A stretch of 64,000 bases of DNA from contig CAWGAS010000031.1 in the NCBI GenBank assembly GCA_963820645.1, positions 156,984-220,983 of the forward strand. The letters are read 5' to 3'. A program made the translations under genes and the position numbers. A model generated the notes under the pieces. It did no database searches. It saw only the letters and a list, made by a program, of their open reading frames with translations, and was not told the origin of the DNA. This document shows positions 49,264-64,000 of this stretch, piece after piece. The DNA comes from an uncultured Acidobacteriota bacterium. GTDB lineage: Bacteria; Acidobacteriota; Vicinamibacteria; Vicinamibacterales; 2-12-FULL-66-21. Position 1 is the stretch's first letter. Every line of letters starts with the position of its first letter.

Positions 49264-50673
49264 TTAGTCGAGCAACATCGCAGACGGATCTTCTACGAGC
49301 TGCTTGATCCGAACCAGGAACTGAACCGCCTCAGCCCCGTCGACGATCCGGTGATCGTAGGTCAGCGCGACGTACATCATCGGCTTGATGACGACCTGGC
49401 CGTTCGCCGCAACGGGACGCTGCTGGATGGTGTGCAGGCCGAGGATGCCGACCTGCGGCGGGTTGAGAATCGGCGTGCTGAGCAGCGAGCCGAACACGCC
49501 GCCGTTGGTGATGGTGAACGTCCCGCCCTTGAGATCGGCGAGCGACAGCGACCCGTCTTCCGCGCGCTTCGCGAAGTCGCGGATCTGCCGCTCGATCTGC
49601 GCGAACGACATCCGGTCCGCGTCGCGCAGCACCGGCACGACGAGCCCTTCGCTCGCGCCGACGGCGACGCCGATGTCGTAGTAGTGCTTGAGCACCATCT
49701 CGTCCCCCTGGATCTCGGCGTTGATCCGGGGAAACGCGCGCAGCGCGCCGATGGAGGCCTTGACGAAGAACGACGCGATGCCCAGTCCGACGCCGTGGCG
49801 CTCCTTGAACGCCTGCTTGTGGCGCTCGCGCATCGCCATCACGGCCGACATGTCGACTTCGTTGAAGGTCGTGAGCATCGCGGCGGTGCTCTGCGCCTCG
49901 AGAAGCCGCTTGGCGATGGTCGCGCGCCGCTTCGACATGCGGATGCGCTCTTCGGTGCGATCGCCGGGCACGGCGCGCGGCTCCGCGATGGGCGCGGCAG
50001 GTCTCGCCTTCGCTGGCTCGGGCGTCGAAGGCCCCGCCTTCGCCTGGGGATCTCCGGCAGGCTTCGGCGCGGCAGGTTCCGCTTTCGCCTGGGCGGCAGC
50101 CGGCTCCGGCGGCGCACCGGCCTGGTCCGCCGATGCGGCGCTCTGACCGTTTCCACCGCCGGCAGCCGCCTGCTCGACGTCCCGCCGCATGACCCGCCCC
50201 GCGTCGCCGCTGCCGCGCACGCGGCTGAGATCGACGTCGCGATCTTCGGCCGCCTTCCGCGCGGCCGGCGTCGAGCGCGTCCGTTCGGTCGCCGGCTTCT
50301 GATCCGATTCCGCGTGCTTCGCTTCCGGCTGAGGCTCTGCCGGCTGCGGCGCGGCATTTTCCAATGCTCGCGGGGCCCCACGCCCACTCGCTCGCGCCTC
50401 ACGGCTCGAAGACTCGCCGTCGGCGCGGGCCGCAGGCGCTGCGTCCTCGACCACTCCCAGCACATCGCCGACCTTCACGTCGTCGCCATCCTTGCGGCCA
50501 ATCTTGAGGACGCCTCCCTGCGGGGCCGCGACCTCGAGGTCAACTTTGTCCGTCTCGAGCTCGACGAGCGGATCGCCGACCGACACGGCGTCCCCTTCCT
50601 TGCGGAGCCACTTCGCCACGCGCGCGTCCACGATGGACTCGCCGACTTCCGGGACGACTATGTTCGACGGCAT
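49264..50673 (-). CDS. sucB: Dihydrolipoyllysine-residue succinyltransferase (2-oxoglutarate dehydrogenase E2)
   Basis: Intact 469 aa. Lipoyl domain ([13 protein letters not shown]), Ala/Pro-rich linkers, PSBD ([22 protein letters not shown]), catalytic domain ([15 protein letters not shown]). Confidence 0.9.
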   Translation of the reverse strand: MPSNIVVPEVGESIVDARVAKWLRKEGDAVSVGDPLVELETDKVDLEVAAPQGGVLKIGRKDGDDVKVGDVLGVVEDAAPAARADGESSSREARASGRGAPRALENAAPQPAEPQPEAKHAESDQKPATERTRSTPAARKAAEDRDVDLSRVRGSGDAGRVMRRDVEQAAAGGGNGQSAASADQAGAPPEPAAAQAKAEPAAPKPAGDPQAKAGPSTPEPAKARPAAPIAEPRAVPGDRTEERIRMSKRRATIAKRLLEAQSTAAMLTTFNEVDMSAVMAMRERHKQAFKERHGVGLGIASFFVKASIGALRAFPRINAEIQGDEMVLKHYYDIGVAVGASEGLVVPVLRDADRMSFAQIERQIRDFAKRAEDGSLSLADLKGGTFTITNGGVFGSLLSTPILNPPQVGILGLHTIQQRPVAANGQVVIKPMMYVALTYDHRIVDGAEAVQFLVRIKQLVEDPSAMLLD

Positions 50674-50685
50674 GCAGAGTCCTCA

Positions 50686-50776
50686 GTCTCGGGTCGGTCT
50701 CGGGTCTCGGGGTCTCAGGTCTTTGGTCTTCGTCTTGGGTTTCGGATCCCGAGTCCCGAGTCTCGAGTCCCGAGAC
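50686..50776. repeat. Tandem-armed palindrome, class B
   Basis: agtctcgggtcggtctcgggtctcggggtctcaggtc...atcccgagtcccgagtctcgagtcccgagac. It lies between sucA and sucB. Confidence 0.85.
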
Positions 50777-50783
50777 GCCGTGT

Positions 50784-53606
<2,823 letters not shown>

Positions 53607-53624
53607 AGCCTTCTAATCCTACCC

Positions 53625-53750
53625 TATGGCCGGCTCGCTAGCGCTCGCCGGTACGGGCGCGCGCTCACGTCGCTCCCGCGCGTAGGGGCCGCGGCTGGCT
53701 TCGCACACCGCGGTAGAGGCGCTCGCTTCGCTCGCGTAAGGCCGGCTCTA
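53625..53750. repeat. REP-like array, family 2
   Basis: ctcccgcgcgtaggggccgcggctggcttcgcacaccgcggtagaggcgctcgcttcgctcgcgtaaggcc. Confidence 0.7.
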
Positions 53751-56168
53751 CTCGTACCGCAGCGCTTCGATCGGATCGACCCGGCTGGCGCGGAACGCGG
53801 GCGCCCACGCGGCGACGAGCGCAACGGCGCCGAGCGTGGCGGCCACGGCCGCTATCGTCAGCGGATCGGCGGGTTGGACGCCGAACAGCAGCTGCGTGAG
53901 CGCGCGGCTGCCCGCGAGCAGCAGGCCGACGCCAATCGCCAGCCCCAGCGCCGACAGCCGGAGCACCTGCCCGAGCACCAGCCACATGACGTCGCGCCGC
54001 TGCGCGCCGACGGCGAGCCGCACGCCCATCTCGTGCGTTCGCGCGCTGACGGAGTACGACATCACGCCGTAAATGCCGACGGCTGCCAGCAGGAGCGCGG
54101 CCGCCGCGAACGCGCCCAGCAGGATCGTCGAGACGCGCTGCTGGAACGTCCTGGCCGCAATCGCCTCTTCCATCGTCTGGATCGCGTAGACGGGCTGTTC
54201 CGGATCGAGCGACACGACCGCGGCCCGCACCGCCGGCAGCAGTGAGGCCGCCGCGCCGTCGCCGCGGACCAGCAGGAACAACTGGTTCCACTCGACCTGC
54301 TGACGCACCGGCATGAAGATCTCGGGCCGGGTCGGCCGCGCCGGGCCGTCGTTCCTGAAATCCGCCACCACGCCGACGATCGTCGCGTAGGGCCGCCGGC
54401 GATCCGGGCTGCCGATCGCCACGCGCTGGCCGACCGGATCGGACCCCGGGAGGTAGCGCGACGCGAACGACTCGTTGACGAGGACGACCGGAGGCGCGTC
54501 GAGACGATCGGCGGGGCTGAAGATGCGGCCGGCCCGCAGCGGCACGCGCAGCGTCTCGAGGTGGCTCGGCGTCGCGACGGTGATGACCGCGGTCGGCAGC
54601 GTGGCGCCCGGCGGCTGGCCGCGCTCGAGGGCGAACTGCGTGTCGAGCGACCCCATCGACGGGAACTGCGACGCGGCGGACACCGCGCGGACGCCCGGCA
54701 GCGCTCCGACCCGCTCGACGAGCCGATCGAAGAACGCGCCGGCGGCATCGCCCGCGTATCGCTCGCGCGGCAGCGTCAGCCTCATCGTCAGCACGCCCCT
54801 CGGCTCGAAGCCGGGCTCGATGCGCTGCACGTTCAGGAAGCTGCGCAGCAACAGCCCCGCGCCGAGGAGGAGGACGACCGACAGCGCAATCTCCGCGACC
54901 ACCAGGATCTGCCGGACGCGCGCGCCCGCGCGTCCCGCGCCGGCGCGGCCGTCCGCCTTCAGCGATTCGTGCGGATCGGTCCGCGCGGCGTGGAGCGACG
55001 GGAGGATGCCGACCAGCAGCCCGGTGGCTGCCGCGAGCGCGACGCTCCACAGCAGCACGCGTCCGGTGACGCCCGCTTGGAGATCGAGCATCGCAAGCTG
55101 CGCGGGGATCACCGCGGCCGACGCCTTCAAGCCGACGTGCGCGAGCAGGAGTCCCGCGGCCGCTCCACCGAATGCGAGGAGGAGGCTCTCGGTCAGCAGG
55201 TGCCGGGCGAGACGCACGCGCCCGGCGCCGAGCGCAAGGCGCACGGCGAGCTCGCGCTGCCTCGTCGTCGAGCGCGCGAGAAACAGGTTCGTCAGGTTGG
55301 CGCACGCGATGAGGAGCACGAAGCCGACCGCGCCGAGGAGCATCAACGCGGCGGGGCGCACGTCCTGGAGCAGCGCCGCTGCCCACGGCGTCGCGGTCAT
55401 CCGCCAGCCTTCGTACTCCTTGAACCGGCCGCGTTCCGCCTGGTCGGTCGCACCCGCGATGGCCGCCAGCTCCGCGTTCGCCTGCTGCAGCGTGACGCCG
55501 GGAGCGAGACGCGCCAGCGTCGTGAACTGCCGGACGTTCCTCGGCACCAGCGAGGGATCGCCGCCCCACGGAATCCACAGATCCGTGCCGATGAGCACCA
55601 GCCCGCGCGGCATCACGCCGACGATCGACGCCGCCTCGCCTCCAATCCGGATTGCCCGCTTCAGGATGTCCGGATCGCCGCCGAAGCGGCTCTGCCAGAG
55701 GCGGTGACTGATGATCGCCACTCGCGGGCCCCCCGGCCCGAGCTCCTCGCGCGTGAAGCCCCGGCCGAGCGCCGCCGGCATGCCGAGGACCGGCAGGGGA
55801 TCGTCGAGCAAGAGCCCGGTGAACACGCGCTCGGGCACATCGCCCCCGGAGATGTTCCGGTTGCCGAGGTCGAACGCCGCGACGCGCGAGAAGGCGCGGC
55901 TCCCGCGGATGTCCGCGTATTCCGCCGGCGACATCGTTTCGACGTAGGTCGTGTCCGACGAGAACTTGGGAAACGTGAGCCCGACCGCGACGAGACGATC
56001 CGGCTCGGGATAGGGAAACGGGTGCAGGACGAAACCGTCCACCAGCCCGTAGATGAGGCTGTTGCCGCCGATGCCGATCGCCAGCGACAGCACCGCGATG
56101 GCCGTGAATCCCGGGCGGCGCGCGAACTGGCGCAGCGCGTAGCGGACGTCCTGCAGCAGCGTATCCAT
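53748..56168 (-). CDS. Duplicated FtsX/MacB-type ABC permease (ADOP family)
   Basis: Intact 806 aa. Characteristic N-terminus MDTLLQDVRYALRQFARRPGFTAIAVLSLAIGIGGN and two 4-TM FtsX modules. Confidence 0.85.
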   Translation of the reverse strand: MDTLLQDVRYALRQFARRPGFTAIAVLSLAIGIGGNSLIYGLVDGFVLHPFPYPEPDRLVAVGLTFPKFSSDTTYVETMSPAEYADIRGSRAFSRVAAFDLGNRNISGGDVPERVFTGLLLDDPLPVLGMPAALGRGFTREELGPGGPRVAIISHRLWQSRFGGDPDILKRAIRIGGEAASIVGVMPRGLVLIGTDLWIPWGGDPSLVPRNVRQFTTLARLAPGVTLQQANAELAAIAGATDQAERGRFKEYEGWRMTATPWAAALLQDVRPAALMLLGAVGFVLLIACANLTNLFLARSTTRQRELAVRLALGAGRVRLARHLLTESLLLAFGGAAAGLLLAHVGLKASAAVIPAQLAMLDLQAGVTGRVLLWSVALAAATGLLVGILPSLHAARTDPHESLKADGRAGAGRAGARVRQILVVAEIALSVVLLLGAGLLLRSFLNVQRIEPGFEPRGVLTMRLTLPRERYAGDAAGAFFDRLVERVGALPGVRAVSAASQFPSMGSLDTQFALERGQPPGATLPTAVITVATPSHLETLRVPLRAGRIFSPADRLDAPPVVLVNESFASRYLPGSDPVGQRVAIGSPDRRRPYATIVGVVADFRNDGPARPTRPEIFMPVRQQVEWNQLFLLVRGDGAAASLLPAVRAAVVSLDPEQPVYAIQTMEEAIAARTFQQRVSTILLGAFAAAALLLAAVGIYGVMSYSVSARTHEMGVRLAVGAQRRDVMWLVLGQVLRLSALGLAIGVGLLLAGSRALTQLLFGVQPADPLTIAAVAATLGAVALVAAWAPAFRASRVDPIEALRYE

Positions 56169-56183
56169 TTGGGTCTACCTATC

Positions 56184-56358
56184 CGTTCTTGGTTCTTGGT
56201 TCTTGGTTCTTGGTTCTTCTCGTTTTTTCGTTTTCGTTCTGCCGTTCGTTCGTGACCAAGAGGTGGACGAAAACGGGGCCAACGACAACAGCAGCCTTCG
56301 AACGACGACGGACGAACGGCGAACGAAGAACAAAGAACAAAGAACCAAGACCGACGGT
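56184..56358. repeat. Tandem-armed palindrome, class C
   Basis: ccgttcttggttcttggttcttggttcttggttcttctcg...cgaacgaagaacaaagaacaaagaaccaagaccgacgg. Confidence 0.9.
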
Positions 56359-57774
56359 TCAGTTCTTCATCCCGAAGCAGTACAAAGAATTCAGCGTCCG
56401 CACGTAGATCCGCCCGTCCACCAGAGCCGGCGTCGCGTAGATGTTGTCCTGCAAATCGTTGATCGCGATCGCCTCGAGGCCGCCGCCGGGAGGCAGGACG
56501 ATGACCTTGCCGTTCTCGCTGGCGATGTAAATCTTCCCGTCCCCCGCGACCGGCGACGCGTAGAACGTGTCGCTCGGCACCTTCAGCCGGCCCTGCTGAA
56601 TCAGCTCTCCCGTCTCCGGCTTCAGCGTCGTCACGATGCCGCCGGCGTCGTTGACCATGTAGAGCGCACCCTTGTACAGGAGCGGCGATGGGAGCTGTGG
56701 AATGCCCCGCTGATACTTCCAGCGGACGGCCGTCGCCGTCATGTCGCCCTTGCCACCCAGCTTGATGGCGAGCATGCCGTTTTCGGAGTCCGCCGCCGCC
56801 TTGTAGTAGTCCCACTCGTCGCGACTGAGGTGCTTGTCGCCGTCGAGATCCGTGTACGCCATCGATCGGCGCGCGTGCGTCGTCGGCATCTCGTCGGGCG
56901 ACAGCTTCCCGTCCTGGTTCGCGTCGCTCGCCGGGAACACGTCCACGGTCGGCGCCACCGTCACCTTGGCGCCGGGCTGGTTCTGTGACGACCCGAACCC
57001 GTTGATGTAGAGGGTGTCGCCGGAGATCACCGGGGTCGACTTCATCTCGAACGACAGTCCGCCGACCCACCAGAGCCGCGTCCCGTCGCGCGGATCGTAC
57101 GCCGACAGCAGGAACGAGCCGGGCACGAGAATCTGCGCGCGGCCCCCCGGCGGCGTGTAGACGATGGGGGTCGAATGGCCGCTCCTGGCTTCGACACGCG
57201 GCGTGCGCCACCGCTCACGGCCGGTCGTCTTCTCGAAGGCCGCGATGAACGAGCCGGTGCTCTGATCGCACGTGAGCACGACGAGGTCGTCGACGACAAT
57301 CGGGGAGGCCCCCATCCCGTAGATGTTGTTGAAGGGACCCAGAGGCTTGCGCCACAGCTCGCGGCCGTTCACGTCGTAGGCCAGCAGCCCGTAGTCGGCG
57401 AAGAAGAAATAGACGCGCTGGCCGTCCGTGGCAGCCGAGGCCGCGGCCGGATGATTGCGCTTGTCGAGCTTTTCCTTCCTGACGCGCGGCGCCTCGCGCT
57501 CCCACAGCACTTTCCCCGTCCGCCGATCCACCGCGAAGCTCACGAGCGTGTCCGCCCGGAACCCGGTCAGGAAGATCCGATTGCCGTGCACGATCGGCGA
57601 GGAGTATCCCTGCGGCAGGTCGGTCTTCCAGATCACGTTCCGGTCCGGCCCGAACTCCGTCGGCAACGCGGTGCCCTCCGACAGCCCGGAGCCGTTCGGC
57701 CCGCGGAAGCGGGACCAGTCCCCGGCCGACTGGGCAGACAGGAAGGCCAGGGCGACGATGAAAATTGCACTCAT
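56359..57774 (-). CDS. PQQ-like (BamB-type) beta-propeller protein with an inserted EF-hand-like segment
   Basis: Signal peptide MSAIFIVALAFLSAQSA, then WSRFRGPNGSG..., DANQDGKLSPDEM and DLDGDKHLSRDEW (two EF-hand-like Ca-binding loops) between propeller blades. Confidence 0.7.
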   Translation of the reverse strand: MSAIFIVALAFLSAQSAGDWSRFRGPNGSGLSEGTALPTEFGPDRNVIWKTDLPQGYSSPIVHGNRIFLTGFRADTLVSFAVDRRTGKVLWEREAPRVRKEKLDKRNHPAAASAATDGQRVYFFFADYGLLAYDVNGRELWRKPLGPFNNIYGMGASPIVVDDLVVLTCDQSTGSFIAAFEKTTGRERWRTPRVEARSGHSTPIVYTPPGGRAQILVPGSFLLSAYDPRDGTRLWWVGGLSFEMKSTPVISGDTLYINGFGSSQNQPGAKVTVAPTVDVFPASDANQDGKLSPDEMPTTHARRSMAYTDLDGDKHLSRDEWDYYKAAADSENGMLAIKLGGKGDMTATAVRWKYQRGIPQLPSPLLYKGALYMVNDAGGIVTTLKPETGELIQQGRLKVPSDTFYASPVAGDGKIYIASENGKVIVLPPGGGLEAIAINDLQDNIYATPALVDGRIYVRTLNSLYCFGMKN

Positions 57775-57939
57775 TGTGGATGCTGTCCTTGCTCCTGCGA
57801 TTGGGCCTGCACACACGCCGGGCGGCCGTCGCCGAACGACAGCCACATACCGGAGACGACTGCTGCCAGGACGCGAGGTCGGTTGTTCATGTTAGCTCTC
57901 TTCGATCGGCCCCACATGGTTCGGTTGTAGGCCCGATCG

Positions 57940-59199
57940 TCATCGACGCCGCGTGGGATTCTCGTACCAGACGACGCCAAGCCCCGGGTTGCCGGCCCTC
58001 GCGTTGTCGTTTTCCTCGCTGTTGATGATGTCGAGATCGTCATCGCCGTCCACGTCGAGCAACAGACTGAGATCGAATTTGACACCCTCGGGTCCGCTCA
58101 CATCGAAGACATCCCAGGCGGACTCGAGTGGAGACTTCCGGAATCGGAGCCAGACGATGCCCCGCTTACCGCTGCGCGCCTCTTCGCAGGCAAGGACGAT
58201 GTCCGGCCTGCCATCCAGATCGATGTCTCCAACCGCGACCGATTTCGGCCGCCCGGCAATCTCCGGGTAACGAACCGAGTATCCACGCCAGTCCCGGCCG
58301 CTTGCCGAGCTCGACTTGAAAACACTCATTCGCCAGTCGTTACCGAGGTAGTGAGGGACGACGATCTCTTTCACGCCGTCGCCGTCGAGATCGGCGGCTT
58401 CGATGAACATCGCTTCGCGTCCGGCGGCACCGACCGCATGGCTCGTCCAGGGTTTGCGCAGGCCGGTGGATCCGGCCCCTGGGTTCTCCAACCAGCGGAC
58501 GCCGGCCATCGGGCCACGCCGGTCGCTCAGCAGAATGTCGGGATGCCCGTCGTGGTTCATGTCCTCGCGGATGAGCGACATGATCCAGCCGGCGTCGCTG
58601 AGACGGTGAAGCGTCCAATCCTGAACCCGCCGCGGATTGGCTGGCGCCTCGAGCCACGCCACGCTCGCTCCCTCGTCTTTTCCCCCGATCACGAGGTCGC
58701 GGCCGCGCCGCTGGTCGATGTCCATGGGCATCGCGAACATCCACCGGCTGCCATTCGAGACGAGCGGCTCGGACGTCCATGCCTCTTCGGCAGCGTAGCG
58801 ATCGACGCTCCGGGGCGCCCAAAGCACCAGCACCCGCCGGGTTTCACCCTCGGTCGAGCTGATGACGTCGAGGACGCCGTCTCCGTCCGCGTCAAAGAAC
58901 ACCCCGTCCTCGACGTCCGGCGTCTTGCCGGCCGTGACGGCGCGCCACGCGGGACGCGTCTGGCCGGCGCGGGAGCTGAGGTAGATGCGCGTGATGCCGC
59001 CCTGTTCCCAGCCGACGACGAGGTCGGGAAGGCCGTCGCCGTTGACGTCGGCTGCACGCACGCCGTCGGCGCCTCTGGAAGAACTATCGATCAGGTGCCG
59101 GATCCAGGGGTCTGCGCTGCGAGGTTGCGCGGCCGGCCCGGCAAGCAGGTTCGCGGCGGCCAGGAGCCCGACACCGGTCATCGCCCGTGATCGCATCAT
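57940..59199 (-). CDS. FG-GAP/VCBS repeat protein (secreted)
   Basis: Intact 419 aa. Repeated D(V/L)(N/D)GDG(L/V/H)PD(L/I) motifs (DVNGDGLPDLVV, DADGDGVLDVIS, DMNHDGHPDILL, DLDGDGVKEIVV, DIDLDGRPDIVL, DVDGDDDLDIIN). Confidence 0.8.
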   Translation of the reverse strand: MMRSRAMTGVGLLAAANLLAGPAAQPRSADPWIRHLIDSSSRGADGVRAADVNGDGLPDLVVGWEQGGITRIYLSSRAGQTRPAWRAVTAGKTPDVEDGVFFDADGDGVLDVISSTEGETRRVLVLWAPRSVDRYAAEEAWTSEPLVSNGSRWMFAMPMDIDQRRGRDLVIGGKDEGASVAWLEAPANPRRVQDWTLHRLSDAGWIMSLIREDMNHDGHPDILLSDRRGPMAGVRWLENPGAGSTGLRKPWTSHAVGAAGREAMFIEAADLDGDGVKEIVVPHYLGNDWRMSVFKSSSASGRDWRGYSVRYPEIAGRPKSVAVGDIDLDGRPDIVLACEEARSGKRGIVWLRFRKSPLESAWDVFDVSGPEGVKFDLSLLLDVDGDDDLDIINSEENDNARAGNPGLGVVWYENPTRRR

Positions 59200-59230
59200 C
59201 CCGCCTCCGCCTCTGAGGGGCGTCAGAACA

Positions 59231-59253
59231 GCAGGCCGGAAGGCCTGCGCTAC
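59231..59253. repeat. REP hairpin (GTAG family, reverse orientation)
   Basis: gcaggcc-ggaa-ggcctgc-gctac. Confidence 0.6.
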
Positions 59254-59259
59254 GACTGG

Positions 59260-61770
<2,511 letters not shown>

Positions 61771-61777
61771 AACCGAA

Positions 61778-61880
61778 CGTGGCGTCCGGCTTTAGCCGGA
61801 CCAAGCGGGTTTGAAAGACTCAGGTCGTCGCTGGACAACCGTTTCGCGCCACCATGGTCCGGCTGAAGCCGGACGCCACG
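61778..61880. repeat. REPIN-like doublet of GTAG-family REP hairpins
   Basis: cgtggcgtccggc-ttta-gccggacc and ggtccggc-tgaa-gccggacgccacg are inverted, with a ~54-nt spacer. Confidence 0.7.
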
Positions 61881-61884
61881 AGCA

Positions 61885-62796
61885 TTGACAATGCGCTACC
61901 TCCACCTCGATGTCTTCACCGATCGTCCCTTCGAAGGGAACCAGCTGGCAGTGTTCCCCGAGCCGCGCGGCCTGACGCCGGCGCAGATGCAGAGCATCGC
62001 GCGCGAGATGAACTTCTCGGAGTCCACGTTCATCTTCCCGCCCGAGGCGGGCGGCGACTTCCGGATGCGGATCTTCACGCCCAACGAGGAGCTGCCGATG
62101 GCCGGCCACCCCACGATCGGCAGCACGTTCGCGCTGGCGGCTGAAGGCGCGATCACGCGGGGCCGGCCCGAGTTCGTCTTCGAGCTCGGCGTCGGGCCGA
62201 CCCCCGTCTCGCTCGAATGGGGTGATGCCGGGCTGTCGTTCGCGTGGATGACGCAGCCGCCGCCGGCGTTCGGCGCGATCGTCGCGGACCGTGCGAGGTT
62301 TGCGGCTGCCGTCGGGCTCGACGAATCGGATCTTGCGGCAGGACTCCCGGTCCAGTCCGTCTCGTGCGGCGTGCCGTTTCTCTTCGCACCGATGGCGTCG
62401 CGCCGTGCGGTGGACAGCGTCGCGATCGATCGGCGAGGGCTGGCGAAGAGCTGTGGATCAGCGGGGCTCGGCGAGCTGCCCGTCTTCTTTTTCACCACGG
62501 AGCCCGGACAGCCGCCACAAGCCGGCGAGACCGTCTACAGCCGGATGCTGGCGCCTGCCTACGGCATTGCCGAAGATCCGGCGACCGGCGGCGCGAGCGG
62601 GCCGCTCGGCTGCTACCTGGTCCAGCACCTCGTGGTCAGCCCCGAGGCCGCGCGATCGATGCTCAGCCTGCAAGGCGTGGCGATGGGACGCCCGAGCCGG
62701 ATTTACATTTCGATCGAGGGACGGCCGGGCGCTATCACGCGTGTTCGGGTCGGAGGACGCTCGGTGCTGGTGGGGCGCGGGGAGCTGCAGATCTGA
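61885..62796 (+). CDS. PhzF family isomerase
   Basis: Intact 303 aa. LHLDVFTDRPFEGNQLAVF...EMNFSESTF...RIFTPNEELPMAGHPTIGS...EDPATGGASGPLGCYL. Confidence 0.85.
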   Translation: MTMRYLHLDVFTDRPFEGNQLAVFPEPRGLTPAQMQSIAREMNFSESTFIFPPEAGGDFRMRIFTPNEELPMAGHPTIGSTFALAAEGAITRGRPEFVFELGVGPTPVSLEWGDAGLSFAWMTQPPPAFGAIVADRARFAAAVGLDESDLAAGLPVQSVSCGVPFLFAPMASRRAVDSVAIDRRGLAKSCGSAGLGELPVFFFTTEPGQPPQAGETVYSRMLAPAYGIAEDPATGGASGPLGCYLVQHLVVSPEAARSMLSLQGVAMGRPSRIYISIEGRPGAITRVRVGGRSVLVGRGELQI

Positions 62797-62885
62797 ATCA
62801 CTAATCACTAATCAAAGAATCCTTGAATCCGGATGAGATCGCGACATCTGATTCAGGGATTCGAGACAGGATTAGTGATTATGGA
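62797..62885. repeat. Tandem-armed palindrome, class H (AATCACT)
   Basis: aatcactaatcactaatc...aatccttgaatc...gattcagggatt...gattagtgatt. It lies between convergent genes and overlaps the last codons of the methyltransferase. Confidence 0.75.
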
Positions 62886-63492
62886 TTCGTTCCTTCGCCA
62901 CCCACGTCGTCATCGCGCGCTGATCCTGCACGACGGTGGTCTTGACGGGATCGAGGAGCGCTCCGTCGAGCCGTTCGGTCAAGTCGAGCAGCATCCGTTC
63001 GTCGACGAGGAATCGATCGCTGCCGTCCGGCAGGCGGTGCCGCCGCCCGGCAATCTGCCGCACGCGATTCTCGATGCCGATCGAGGACGCCAGACGGCAG
63101 AAGAGCATGCCGCGCGGGGCGAGCACACGCCACATGCTGGCGATCATCGCGTCGAACTGCGCCTCGTCCTCCGCAAAATGCAGGACCGCGCTGCTGATGA
63201 CGACATCCGCGCACGCGTCGGGGAAGCTCATCGCCTCGACGGCCTCGACGCGGAAGTTGGCGCCGGGAAGGTGCGGCGCGAGGCGCGAGGCCATCGCACG
63301 AACCGTTTCGACGGCGCCGGCGTCGCGATCGCACGCGGCGACGTCGAAGCCGTTCGAGAGCAGATAGACGAGGTTGCGCCCGTCGCCGCAGCCGGCGTCG
63401 AGCACGCGCAGGCCGGGGGCGATCCGCCCGCGCAGCAGCTGGTCGAACAGGTAGATGTCGATGGCGCCGAATTGATCTCTCAGCGTGGACAT
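62872..63492 (-). CDS. Class I SAM-dependent methyltransferase
   Basis: Intact 206 aa. RVLDAGCGDGRN (motif I), DVVISSAVLHF, RVLAPRGMLF. Confidence 0.8.
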   Translation of the reverse strand: MSTLRDQFGAIDIYLFDQLLRGRIAPGLRVLDAGCGDGRNLVYLLSNGFDVAACDRDAGAVETVRAMASRLAPHLPGANFRVEAVEAMSFPDACADVVISSAVLHFAEDEAQFDAMIASMWRVLAPRGMLFCRLASSIGIENRVRQIAGRRHRLPDGSDRFLVDERMLLDLTERLDGALLDPVKTTVVQDQRAMTTWVAKERIHNH

Positions 63493-63497
63493 TTGAT

Positions 63498-63600
63498 GTA
63501 GTGCTGGCCTTCAGGCCAGCCTCCGCGATCGCCTCGAGGCCAGCCCCGCGGCCGATGGCCAGCCCCGCGGTCGATGGGCCGGCCTGAAGGCCGGCGCTAC
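63498..63600. repeat. REPIN-like doublet of GTAG-family REP hairpins
   Basis: gtagtgctggcc-ttca-ggccagc and gggccggcc-tgaa-ggccggc-gctac are inverted, with a ~55-nt spacer. Confidence 0.7.
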
Positions 63601-64000
63601 ACGAGTGAATGGCGCACCACGGCGCCGGTGAGCGTCTCGTCATCGAGTGACAGATAGAGCTCGCGATCGTTGATCGACACGCTGAACGCCATGCGCCGCT
63701 CCAGGCGCGACGCCAGCGCCGCGATCAACGGGCGGTCGATCGCGTAGAGCTCGATCGCCTCCGCCCGGTGCATGCGTTCCCCGGTCAGGTTCCGCAGCAG
63801 CTGCCCGACGTCCTTGTGCGTGTAGACCGCGACGCGCGGCGCCAGCTTCGACGCCTTGTGCAGCCGCGCCGCATCGGGCGAGCCGATGTCGATCCACGCG
63901 CGCAGCGCCCCGGTCAGGTCGCGAACCGCGATCGCCGGGTCGTCCGGATCGCACAGCCCGCCGCGAGAACTCGATGCCCTCGGTGAACTCGAGGCATGTA
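63597..64000 (-). pseudogene. YaeQ family protein, C-terminal part (partial at the window edge, probable frame switch near 63955)
   Basis: My own translation of the minus strand gives DPDDPAIAVRDLTGALRAWIDIGSPDAARLHKASKLAPRVAVYTHKD...LYAIDRPLIAALASRLERRMAFSVSINDRELYLSLDDETLTGAVVRHSLV-stop. It is absent from the ORF track because there is no start codon inside the window. Confidence 0.6.

Overview
Very GC-rich bacterial chromosomal segment. Sample 60-nt lines I counted by hand are about 75-78 % GC, and third codon positions are almost all G/C. It is probably from an Acidobacteria-like organism, judging by an 806-aa duplicated FtsX-type 'ADOP' permease and a DUF1800/DUF1501 pair. The gene content is housekeeping: modABC with a divergent HTH+TOBE regulator, malQ-glgX, two S9 peptidases, ggt, a full his operon (hisI-G-D-C-B-H-F-A), an M28 peptidase, sucA-sucB, both subunits of a type IIA topoisomerase, and assorted enzymes and membrane proteins. 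There are no rRNA, tRNA or CRISPR features and no prophage. Four things stand out. (1) About 20 of roughly 50 genes can only be reconstructed by switching reading frame, including sucA and hisD. This points to consensus indel errors rather than real decay, so I list them as pseudogene with that caveat. (2) The intergenic space is packed with repeats. At least eight sequence classes of long palindromes have arms built from tandem 7-9-mers. There are also GTAG-headed REP/REPIN hairpins, a second REP-like array family, and two copies of a ~390-bp MITE-like element. (3) An intact IS110-family element has split one of these palindromes, so the empty site can be rebuilt. Its 239-nt non-coding left end contains sense-strand copies of the left target flank and of the right IS end, as expected for a bridge-RNA guide region. 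(4) An unannotated His-rich leader peptide plus an intrinsic terminator precedes hisI, and an Avd-like four-helix-bundle gene sits inside a cassette bounded by ~95-nt inverted repeats. All calls come from reading the translations and the sequence; no database search was run.
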